DNA of 37,847 nt. Origin: a virus. Lineage: Duplodnaviria; Caudoviricetes. The stretch is taken from IMG/VR virus record IMGVR_UViG_3300033067_001273, positions 1 to 37,847 of that record; one strand, given 5' to 3'. A program made the position numbers and the translations under genes. Below, in pieces: positions 23,837-32,438 of the stretch. Each line of letters begins with the position of its first letter. The stretch's first letter is position 1. Under the pieces are notes generated by a model, which was given only the letters and a program-made list of their open reading frames with translations, made no database searches and had not been told where the DNA came from.

Positions 23837-23966
23837 TGGCCACCCCTTTCTTTTTTAGTTCCACATTTTCTTTTTGGGTTTGTCTTGACCTGAAATATAG
23901 AACACCTAGAATTAAGGCGTGGAGTGCTGCAATCAAAACAATTCCCCACCGCTTAATCTTTTCCAT
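23748..23966 (-). CDS. N-terminal TM protein (i-spanin/Rz-position gene)
   Basis: One N-terminal TM plus basic helical tail; lysis-cassette position. Confidence 0.6.
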   Translation of the reverse strand: MEKIKRWGIVLIAALHALILGVLYFRSRQTQKENVELKKKGVASDLKEIAQGNKTVPLSDLIKRNNARFRGR

Positions 23967-24156
23967 TCATCTTCTTTTCAATAATGTTCGCACCTTTATA
24001 AAGTCCAGCTGCAACACCCACCATTGTTATGGTAAGAAGCGTTATGTTTTGGTCAATTCCCATTTTGTGGTAGACTAAAGGAACCGCAATCAAAAGAAGA
24101 GCTTCCACCCCGGTCACGATTAATTTTCTTGAAGAATACTTGCTGTTTTCTTTCAT
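23953..24156 (-). CDS. Putative holin (2 TM)
   Basis: KYSSRKL N-terminus, two hydrophobic helices, charged tail; coupled to the endolysin. Confidence 0.7.
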   Translation of the reverse strand: MKENSKYSSRKLIVTGVEALLLIAVPLVYHKMGIDQNITLLTITMVGVAAGLYKGANIIEKKMNGKD

Positions 24157-24578
24157 GGCTTAAAAAACCTTCCACCCTTGCCGGGTTCACGAATGTCGAT
24201 ATGGACCCAATTGCTGTCGTCCAAGTCTTCCATTCGGATTTTTAGGTTATCAAGTTGAGGAATTAATTCTTTTCGAATTTCATTTGGGTCGTAACCAATA
24301 ACGTTAAAATCAACAGCTTTTCCTTCAGTGTGGGCCGAGTTTAGAGCGCCTTTAATCTGAAGATTGTACTTTAAGGGACGAAGCCAACTTGTGACAAGTA
24401 TTGGACTATTGAAATATTCACGAATTGATTGAAGTTTTAACGCAACGTCTAAAATGTTTATAGTTTGGTCGGCTGTGGGGACGCAAGCAATTTCCCATTT
24501 GGACAACCAAAGCGCGTCCTTCCAGGTGAAGTTTTTCGCGCCCCCTATCTTTTGGTCTAGGTCTTTTAAATTAATCAT
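24153..24578 (-). CDS. Endolysin, peptidase M15A family
   Basis: VTSWLRP..YN....GALNSAHTEGKAVDF...WVHID Zn-ligand motif. Confidence 0.9.
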   Translation of the reverse strand: MINLKDLDQKIGGAKNFTWKDALWLSKWEIACVPTADQTINILDVALKLQSIREYFNSPILVTSWLRPLKYNLQIKGALNSAHTEGKAVDFNVIGYDPNEIRKELIPQLDNLKIRMEDLDDSNWVHIDIREPGKGGRFFKP

Positions 24579-25510
24579 GGAATTGTGAAACTCGAAAAAT
24601 AATAAATTCGAATTAAACCAGTCCCGCCGTTGCCACCATTGCCACCGGCACCAGCCGCATTGATTGAAGTTTCTGAACCACCGCTTGCGCCGCCGCCACC
24701 AGCGCCAGTGTTTCCAGCCGCCGAGGTTCCATTGTTTCCGTTTTGGTCAGGTCCAGTTGTTCCGTTCGCACCGATTCCACCCACACCAAAAGAACTTGCA
24801 CCGCCGCCACCGCCACCAGAACTTGCGCCATTCGATGTTATCGAACCGCCAGCCGCACCAGGTTTAATGATTGAACGTTCACCAGTCTGTCCAACAGTTG
24901 GTGGAACTGGACCAGTAAGAATGCCACCATTTCCGCCGCTTCCCCCAATATAAGAACCATTGGCTTCAAAGATTCTAGTTCCACCAGAACCCCCACTTGC
25001 TGGACCTGTTACACCGTAACCACCACCCACCCCGCCGCTTGCACCTTTTCCACGTGCGACTTCAACCGAAGAAATGACCACGAAAGAATCTGTTCCACTT
25101 CCCCCGGTTCCACCAGGATTGCCCGAACCACGCGCCGAACCAGTTCCCCCCGAACCACCGCTTCCGACCGTGCAAACTAAAACGTCACTTGCAAGAGTTG
25201 TTATGAATTCAATGGTTGGTTTGCTGGCACCGCCACCGCCACCGCCACCGCCAGCTGAAGCCGCCGCATTCTGAACCCCGCCGCCACCGCCGCCACCGCC
25301 ACCGCCGCCCGCAATTTCTAGGGCAACAAAAGTGCAATCAATTGGAAGAGTGACGGAACCGCTTGTGGTGACTTCTTTGACTCTAAATTTTAAATCAGCC
25401 GCGTAGTTTGCAAGACCACTGATTGCTTGAATCAAGCTTTCAGAAACAGCACTTCGAAACCTTGCACCTTCAATCTGTGCTTTATTAATCGACTTAGGAA
25501 CATCACTCAT
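24575..25510 (-). CDS. Glycine-rich tail-associated fibre protein
   Basis: IAGGGGGG...VGSGGSGG...GGTGLIRIYY glycine-rich domain; GAGGTG SD. Confidence 0.7.
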   Translation of the reverse strand: MSDVPKSINKAQIEGARFRSAVSESLIQAISGLANYAADLKFRVKEVTTSGSVTLPIDCTFVALEIAGGGGGGGGGGGVQNAAASAGGGGGGGGASKPTIEFITTLASDVLVCTVGSGGSGGTGSARGSGNPGGTGGSGTDSFVVISSVEVARGKGASGGVGGGYGVTGPASGGSGGTRIFEANGSYIGGSGGNGGILTGPVPPTVGQTGERSIIKPGAAGGSITSNGASSGGGGGGASSFGVGGIGANGTTGPDQNGNNGTSAAGNTGAGGGGASGGSETSINAAGAGGNGGNGGTGLIRIYYFSSFTIP

Positions 25511-25543
25511 AAAAACACCTCGTTAATAACTAAACAAATAAAT

Positions 25544-28051
25544 TTAGATGAACCTGTAAGGGAACCCTTTGTCATTAAACCCAATCAACTCCACAAACTG
25601 ACCAGCCGCCGGAATAAAACCAAGGTTTCCGTCAACAGTGATTGTTGTTCCAACCACAGAGACAACATTTCTTTCTTCACTCAATAATGAATAACTTTGG
25701 TTATGAACCAACACCGGAAGCCCCACTTGAAATTTTGGTGCGTCACCAATGGCCACGTCAAACACTGTTTGCGAAGTTCCACTCACAACGTCAACGGTTG
25801 GGTCTAGAAAAGCGTGAACCAATTTATAAAGTTTTGCCTCTTCCGGGTCTGTGCTGGTTGGATAGTTTGCAATGTCGACAATCATTCCAGGGCTTGGCGT
25901 AAAACTTAAAGCTGGAAAAACAATAAGCGCGTGATTGTTTGAAGGGTCAAGGGCTTGAATCGTTGTGACCTCTGAAATGGTCCAATCATAATTGTGAACA
26001 ATAATTTCAAGACCAACGTAGTCCTTCCATTTTTTTCTTTCGTCACCTGGAAAAATTTCCCCATAACTTTCATCGACAATAATATTTGTGGAAGTGGAAC
26101 CAACGTCAACAAGGGAGCTTGGCGAAATGGTGGCGTAACGGTCAGTTAAAGCACCTGTGGCTTGAAGCAATTGAAGCTTCACATTCCCTTGTCCAATATT
26201 CCATTGTCTGTCAATAATTTCGAAAAGCTGAACCCCAAGGTCACGGGTTCCATTTTGCCAATTGGCTATTTTTAAATTTCCTTCGTCCTTTAAGGCCAGC
26301 ACGTCACCGGCTTCAAGCTGTGCGCCCACTTCCCAATTCGTGTTCAAAGTGATAAGCGTTGCACCGTCAGCGTAACGTTTCAGCAAAAAATTAGTTCTTC
26401 GGTCAATCACGCTGGCAAAACCAAGGTCCGTTCTTGTTCCAATTGTTTTAATTGGAAGCAAACCCTCAACGTCAATCGTGTTTAAAGAATCAGCGTCAAG
26501 AGTTCTGACAATTTTAGTGAAGTCGCCAGCGTCCGTTGCGTCGTAAGAAAAATCGACTTCGTTAAAAAATTTTCTATTGTTCGTTGCGCGCTCTAAAGTG
26601 ATTGTGTTCGGATTTATAATGTTGTCAGAATTTAAAATCTGAAAACGTTGGTCCGCGATTGCTGGCTTACTATAACCAACGCTTATGCGTCCTTGTCTAG
26701 TTAAACTATAAGCGGCGGCTGGAAGCAAAAGTTCGCTTTCTATAAAAGTTTTGCATGATTGTGGTGAACCTTTAAAATAACGAACAGAATTTTCATTTTG
26801 TGAAAGAAACAGATTTTTTAATTCAATGTGGCCTTCAGTGTCCACGAATTCACTAGGTAAGGCGACCGAACAAGTTGTGGGATATTTGTCGAATTGTGAC
26901 CTAAAACTTGCAACACCAGTGCTTGCAATGCTTGGAAGTAAAGTCGTGTTGTCAGTGACCACAACCCTATTTCTTAAACCTGAAAGGTCTTGAATTGAAT
27001 TTACTTTTGCTGTGAAGTCAGCATTCACCCCGTCACCTGTAACTGTAACATAGTCACCAACAACCAACCCATTTTCTTCTTTAACGTCAAAGTCAAAAAT
27101 AACAGAACCAGGAATAAGACCAACTGAAATAATTTGTGTGTCGACAATGTTTTTTATTGGAAGATTTTGAACCCAAGGACCATTTCTAGAAAGCATTAAT
27201 GAAAGTGAACCGTCAATAATATGGTCTTGAATTTCAACCCAAGCTTCAACGTCGTCGTTTATTGAATGCGCCACCGCTGTTGTTCCACGTTGCCCACGAA
27301 GAACACCAACAAATTGATTGGTTCCATAACCAGTGGCTTCACTTCCAGTCTGTTGATATTCAATAAATTCGTCACCAATTTTTATATAATTTTTAACACC
27401 AGTGAAATAAGTTCCGTCAGGACCTAAGATTTTATTATGAAAGTCACCATTGGAAACAACACTTATGGTTGTGTCAACGTTTGAAATTCCAGCGGTTAAA
27501 CTAGACTTGGCTGAAAAGAAAACATTCTTTTTTCTGTTTAAATTTGGGTCTGAAAACTGAAGCGTTAATTTTCCAGGGTCAGATTTTATTGAAGTCACTC
27601 TTCCACGAAAGCCAATGAAAAAATCTTCAGGAAAAGAAATTTGTCTGTAACCAATCCAAATTTTTACATTCCGACCAAGCAAGTCCGGAAGAATTAAACC
27701 TGGTGTTGCAAGCCTGGTCATATATCCGTCCTTGTCAATGAACGACATTGAAAGAGTGGAAATAGAACCCTTGCCTTGTTCTGGTTCAATTTTTTGTGAA
27801 AGAGTCAAGCCACCAGAAAGGTCCAACAAATTTTGTTGTCCACGATCACCAGCACCCCCAACCAATCTTAATCCACCGTAAACAATTCCAGGGTCACCGT
27901 AAAAAAGATCGGCGTCACCATAGCGAAGGTAAGTGTAAAGTGGTCCTGAAGTTATAAGGTCAGCGCCTTCAATATCAACCACAACCACCGGACTTTTAGT
28001 CTGAAGAGTGTTGTAAGTTAAAAACTTTTCAGGATAGTTTGGTAAAACCAT
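25544..28051 (-). CDS. Tail tip hub / central baseplate-like protein
   Basis: 835 aa; hub-like N-terminus (ISTLSMSFID...FRGRVTSI), VLRGQRGTTAVAH, QLEAGDVLAL. Confidence 0.7.
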   Translation of the reverse strand: MVLPNYPEKFLTYNTLQTKSPVVVVDIEGADLITSGPLYTYLRYGDADLFYGDPGIVYGGLRLVGGAGDRGQQNLLDLSGGLTLSQKIEPEQGKGSISTLSMSFIDKDGYMTRLATPGLILPDLLGRNVKIWIGYRQISFPEDFFIGFRGRVTSIKSDPGKLTLQFSDPNLNRKKNVFFSAKSSLTAGISNVDTTISVVSNGDFHNKILGPDGTYFTGVKNYIKIGDEFIEYQQTGSEATGYGTNQFVGVLRGQRGTTAVAHSINDDVEAWVEIQDHIIDGSLSLMLSRNGPWVQNLPIKNIVDTQIISVGLIPGSVIFDFDVKEENGLVVGDYVTVTGDGVNADFTAKVNSIQDLSGLRNRVVVTDNTTLLPSIASTGVASFRSQFDKYPTTCSVALPSEFVDTEGHIELKNLFLSQNENSVRYFKGSPQSCKTFIESELLLPAAAYSLTRQGRISVGYSKPAIADQRFQILNSDNIINPNTITLERATNNRKFFNEVDFSYDATDAGDFTKIVRTLDADSLNTIDVEGLLPIKTIGTRTDLGFASVIDRRTNFLLKRYADGATLITLNTNWEVGAQLEAGDVLALKDEGNLKIANWQNGTRDLGVQLFEIIDRQWNIGQGNVKLQLLQATGALTDRYATISPSSLVDVGSTSTNIIVDESYGEIFPGDERKKWKDYVGLEIIVHNYDWTISEVTTIQALDPSNNHALIVFPALSFTPSPGMIVDIANYPTSTDPEEAKLYKLVHAFLDPTVDVVSGTSQTVFDVAIGDAPKFQVGLPVLVHNQSYSLLSEERNVVSVVGTTITVDGNLGFIPAAGQFVELIGFNDKGFPYRFI

Positions 28052-30208
28052 TTAACCAACCTTTATTATTGAACCTTGGAAAGCACCAATGCTTGTTGAA
28101 GTTGAACTTTGTCCTTTAAAAACTATTGTTTGACCAGCTTCAACATAAACAGTTTGTGAACCACTTGTTACCAAGTTGTGTGTTCCAGTGGATTGAACCC
28201 TTACAACACCAAGCGGAACCACAACCGCATTGGCTTCAACATAAGCCGACAAAACATCACCAGCGGTATAAGAAACGGATGACCCTTGTAAATACATATT
28301 CACTTGGTAAGGACCGGCGACTGGCGCTGTAAAAGTTCCACCAACCAATGAACCGTGGGTGTTTTTTGTGATGTTCGTTGGAACAATTGTGTTTCCACCA
28401 CTTGTCAAAGTTGTTGCTGACGAATCAGCAATGGCCGCCACCACTTCATTCACCCCGACCAAACTTGTTTTTGAAGCTTTTTGAATTGTGAATTCAGCTA
28501 TAAAATCTTCGGCGGCTGGTCCACCTTGATAACCGCGAAGTCGTATTTTTTGACCAGCGTTTCCTTTTATCAAAGTGGATATTGTTGCACCGTCAGCGGT
28601 GGAAGTTCCAATAGAATTAACAACGTAAGCTTTCTTAGTCCCATCAAGTTCAATATATAATTCAATACTACCAACGTTGGCCGTTAGTGTTCCACCGTTG
28701 TAAAGCATTCCTGTAACCGAATATACGTCAGACGTTGGCAATGTGAATTCACCGGTTGACTGGTTATAACCGCCAACCGTGTCGAATTCTGTAACATTTG
28801 GGTTTATTGTTATTTCAGTCGCGCTTAAAATATTAAAAACAGCTTGTGAAGCTTTGAATTGAACATTCGCGGCGCCAACGTCCGCACTCATTTGGACATT
28901 CGAAGACCAACCCAAAATTGGAAGCCTAAAATTCATAGTTACGCCGTAACCGTCTGAAAATAATGTACTGGCGTTATCAATCGCGAATTCACCAGGTTGA
29001 CCACTTAAAGACCTGTTGGCAAAATAAACATATTGGGGTTGGCCTTGCACCATAAACATAGCGCCAATTTTATTGTTGGAACCGAATGTTGTTCCCGCAG
29101 AATCGTCCAATCCTATATAAGTACCTAGAAAAGTTTTTTCACCCGAATTATTTACTTTGTTTGTGTCAATTAAATAACCGGCTGGCATGTCCATATAAGC
29201 GTCTGAAGCCGCAACAGTTCCGGCCCTGAAATATCCGTTTACTTCTAAAGTGTCGCCAACTCTTCTAGAATACCAAAGAGCGTCGGAAATGGTTCCAAAA
29301 CTATTTGGTGTAAAACTTAAATTTGTGTTCCAATCTGTGACCGGCGTTCCGTTAACAACAACAGTTGGTCCAACATTAAAATTGTCAAAGGCCAACGTGT
29401 AAGCCGACGCTGAAGTTGAACCAACGTGCAAAATTAAACGATAAGACGTTGAATTGCTGGACGCTTGAAATGAACACACTTGCTTTCCAGGAACGCCAAC
29501 AGAATTCGCTATACTATAACCATTTGGTTGAATCACAACAGCGTTTGTCACGTCGTAAATCCAAACACTCATATCAGTGTCGGCATAAGTTCCGGAAACA
29601 ATTTCATAGTCAAAACTTATGTTCAAAGATTTAGCTTTGTCCGCTGAATCAATCGTAAAATCATAAGACACGCCTTCACCCTGAAGATTGCTTGCGCTTT
29701 TTACGAAATTAAAATCAGCCGTTTTTCTTAATGGTGTCGTTGTCGATCTTGACCAAGTTACGGTCGGACTTCCACCAGTTCCGTTCACCGGGCTTGTTCC
29801 CGCCGCGTCAGCATAAGTTGACCAACCAACAGTAGAAAATTCAGCGTCAGGATTTAAAATATAATTTATTCCTGAACCAGTTCCAGTGCCAGAACCTTCG
29901 AAAACACCCCACACCCCGTTTGAAGTTGAATTGTCAAACAACACTAATTCTTTCGAAGTGTCTGGTGAAATTGTTTTCAATGTTGAAGCGTCGTTGTATT
30001 GAATTGTTATTGTTCCGGTTGAATCATTTTTCGATCGAAAAATAGTTCCGTTCGGACATGTGGTCGCGTCAGGAAGTTTTAAATTTTGGTCTGAAGTTCC
30101 TGTAAACCTTGTGTTTTGTGGGCTTGTATTAGTTAAGGTTGTGGTCCCGCCAGCTGTTGCGATTGACGTAACTTGTTCAATCACTCTTCCGTTTTTTTGA
30201 TAACCCAT
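28052..30208 (-). CDS. Tail fibre / receptor-binding protein
   Basis: 718 aa; carbohydrate-binding-like INYILNPDAE..GW domain and two C1q/TNF-like C-terminal repeats (GEFTLPTSDVY, GTFTAPVAGPY). Confidence 0.75.
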   Translation of the reverse strand: MGYQKNGRVIEQVTSIATAGGTTTLTNTSPQNTRFTGTSDQNLKLPDATTCPNGTIFRSKNDSTGTITIQYNDASTLKTISPDTSKELVLFDNSTSNGVWGVFEGSGTGTGSGINYILNPDAEFSTVGWSTYADAAGTSPVNGTGGSPTVTWSRSTTTPLRKTADFNFVKSASNLQGEGVSYDFTIDSADKAKSLNISFDYEIVSGTYADTDMSVWIYDVTNAVVIQPNGYSIANSVGVPGKQVCSFQASSNSTSYRLILHVGSTSASAYTLAFDNFNVGPTVVVNGTPVTDWNTNLSFTPNSFGTISDALWYSRRVGDTLEVNGYFRAGTVAASDAYMDMPAGYLIDTNKVNNSGEKTFLGTYIGLDDSAGTTFGSNNKIGAMFMVQGQPQYVYFANRSLSGQPGEFAIDNASTLFSDGYGVTMNFRLPILGWSSNVQMSADVGAANVQFKASQAVFNILSATEITINPNVTEFDTVGGYNQSTGEFTLPTSDVYSVTGMLYNGGTLTANVGSIELYIELDGTKKAYVVNSIGTSTADGATISTLIKGNAGQKIRLRGYQGGPAAEDFIAEFTIQKASKTSLVGVNEVVAAIADSSATTLTSGGNTIVPTNITKNTHGSLVGGTFTAPVAGPYQVNMYLQGSSVSYTAGDVLSAYVEANAVVVPLGVVRVQSTGTHNLVTSGSQTVYVEAGQTIVFKGQSSTSTSIGAFQGSIIKVG

Positions 30209-30218
30209 TTAAAACCCC

Positions 30219-31673
30219 TTAATTGTTCAACGTTGCTGACCAAGACAAAACATAGTTGGCCGAGTCAACGCCCACATTCCACGTTGCTGTGAAACCTGTG
30301 GTCGATTTTGCTGTGATTGCAATTGGAATAAACATTGGACTTGCGTCCGTTGTGTTCACAATTGTTGCTGTGATTGCATAGTTCGTGCTGGCAAGTGCTG
30401 TTGAAAATGTCACAGCTTTACTTGTCGCACCGTTCGTTATGGAATCATTTCCAGCGCGTCCCGAAGCACCGCCACCACTTCCCCCAACAACAACCCAACG
30501 GGCTGAAGTCGTGTCGTAAACCAACCACACCGTTGAATCATTAGTCATTGAAAGATCGGTTCCAGTTCCAGTCAATATTCTTTGTGAAGCTGTTGCACCT
30601 GTGTTGTCTTTAAGCGTTATTGTTGCGCCAGTTTTATTGACCACCACAAAAAATAAATTGTTAACAACAGGGCTAATCATTTCAATTGAAACAAGGCTGG
30701 CATTCGTCAACCTTAAAATCATTTTTCCTGGTGTCGTAAGCGTTGCGTTTGAACCAGTGGTGGTTGAATCTGTGACAATATCACCAATAAATTGCGCTTG
30801 GTGAATGACATTTCCAACGAATGTTTTATTTCCACCAAAGCTTTGTGTCGTTGCATTCACTAAACCACGAAGCGAAGTTGTTGCGTCAATCACGTCAGCT
30901 GTTGCGTTATCTGAAGGAATAATTGCAAGTTCAGAATAAACAGGGCTGGACGTTGCAAGTGGATTAAACAATTCTTGATAGTACCAACGAACGTCGGTGG
31001 CTGAACCAAACGAATAAGGTGTTTCAGTACCAGAGACATTGGTATAATAAGTTAAAGTCCAAACGCCAACCGATTCTGTAACGCGTCCATAAACCTGGTC
31101 GCCACTTCCGTCAACAATTATGTCGTCTTCATTGGCACCTGAAGCATAACGAAGAACCACTTTATTATAAGGCGTGTTTACAACCACCCCAAGGGCTGTT
31201 GAAACAGTTGAAGCGGCTTTTCCTGTGAGTTCAGTTGAAACGTCAGTGCTTCCACCAGTCACCCCGGTCAAGTCTGTTCCTTGTAAAAAGAAACCCTTTA
31301 GAACCACATTTATTAAATCGGTCCCACTTATTTTTTCTGATTGTCCGTCAGTTCCGTCGTGCTTGTGACCAAGACCAGTTCCACCCCGATATTTTAATGT
31401 AAGAAAATCAGCGCGTTGATAGGTGTTATCTGTCGGTGTTCCAACGATGTTTGAAGACCAAGCTGGAAGCGCGTTGTAAACAGAACCAGCAAGGCGACCA
31501 GAAAAAGAGTTTAAAGAATTAATTTCCCTTTGAATGTTAACAGTTGAAGGTCCGCTTGGCGCGTTTACGTTTGCAAGTGTATATTCCCCGGTGGCTGTGT
31601 CGTCTGTGTTTTTACTTATCCAAGCCGGGTTTGAATCAGCCGCATTGACCCGTTGTCCGTCAACTATACTCAT
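30219..31673 (-). CDS. Tail fibre-like protein
   Basis: 484 aa Thr/Ser-rich; GHKHDG, TQSFGGNKTF and a lectin-like C-terminal domain (VTFSTAL...KSTTGFT). Confidence 0.7.
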   Translation of the reverse strand: MSIVDGQRVNAADSNPAWISKNTDDTATGEYTLANVNAPSGPSTVNIQREINSLNSFSGRLAGSVYNALPAWSSNIVGTPTDNTYQRADFLTLKYRGGTGLGHKHDGTDGQSEKISGTDLINVVLKGFFLQGTDLTGVTGGSTDVSTELTGKAASTVSTALGVVVNTPYNKVVLRYASGANEDDIIVDGSGDQVYGRVTESVGVWTLTYYTNVSGTETPYSFGSATDVRWYYQELFNPLATSSPVYSELAIIPSDNATADVIDATTSLRGLVNATTQSFGGNKTFVGNVIHQAQFIGDIVTDSTTTGSNATLTTPGKMILRLTNASLVSIEMISPVVNNLFFVVVNKTGATITLKDNTGATASQRILTGTGTDLSMTNDSTVWLVYDTTSARWVVVGGSGGGASGRAGNDSITNGATSKAVTFSTALASTNYAITATIVNTTDASPMFIPIAITAKSTTGFTATWNVGVDSANYVLSWSATLNN

Positions 31674-32437
31674 AAAGTAAACCTCTTTCTAAATTTCAAA
31701 AGTCCAGTGTCAAACTTGAACGGAAATTGTGGAAGCATTTCACGAATCGTGAAAGCAAGACCTTTTCCGTCAGCACTTGTTGACTCAAGTGTTCCTTCAT
31801 AAAAAATATTTGGTGTCGTTATTTCTGGCGTGAATTCAAGTGGTCTTTGCTGAATGGCCCATATAAAAAATGGTTTCCAAATTGGAACAATGTCAGCCTC
31901 TTCAATGTACTTGAATTGAACTTGCCAGAATTCTTGAACTTGCCACACGATTGATTCTTTTTCCCCGCTTGCACTCACATTCACAGAACCGAAAACTTTT
32001 TGATAGTTGTCAGGTGGAAGATAGTTGTTCCCCCACCAAGCTGGTGAAAATGCTGTTCCAGCTGTTGAAGTTCCAGTGTAAGTTGTGGCACCCGTTTGGT
32101 CTGTGTTTGGAAAGCCAATCAATGCGTGAATGTCGGTTGTGGTTCTTGGACCTGTTGCAAACAATATTTCAAAGAAAGGTGCGGTTGTTGAAATGGTCAC
32201 ACGATTTTCAGTTCCACCAACGAAAGTTCTATTGGCTGAAGCTGTGAAATTAAATGCAAGGGCTTGTGATTTAAGGGCCGATTCAATGGCACGAAGCAAG
32301 CCAGACAACGAATAAAATCCAAGCGCAATGGTGGCCTGACGTGGAGTTTCTAAAGCAACAACCCTGAAGTCGATTGCATTGTTCAACTCTGTGACTTCAA
32401 ACCCGTATAAAAATAAACTCTTTTCCCTTAATGCCAT
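31670..32437 (-). CDS. Distal tail (Dit-like) protein
   Basis: Directly after the tape measure; 255 aa, aromatic and beta-rich. Confidence 0.55.
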   Translation of the reverse strand: MALREKSLFLYGFEVTELNNAIDFRVVALETPRQATIALGFYSLSGLLRAIESALKSQALAFNFTASANRTFVGGTENRVTISTTAPFFEILFATGPRTTTDIHALIGFPNTDQTGATTYTGTSTAGTAFSPAWWGNNYLPPDNYQKVFGSVNVSASGEKESIVWQVQEFWQVQFKYIEEADIVPIWKPFFIWAIQQRPLEFTPEITTPNIFYEGTLESTSADGKGLAFTIREMLPQFPFKFDTGLLKFRKRFTL

Positions 32438-32438
32438 T

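Noticed and set aside
24613-25320. Similar GC-rich triplet repeats and antisense Pro-rich ORFs
   Set aside because: Explained by poly-Gly coding in 24575..25510.
28052-31673. Diversity-generating retroelement or invertible fibre cassette
   Set aside because: No reverse transcriptase or invertase gene, and no duplicated template/variable repeat noticed.
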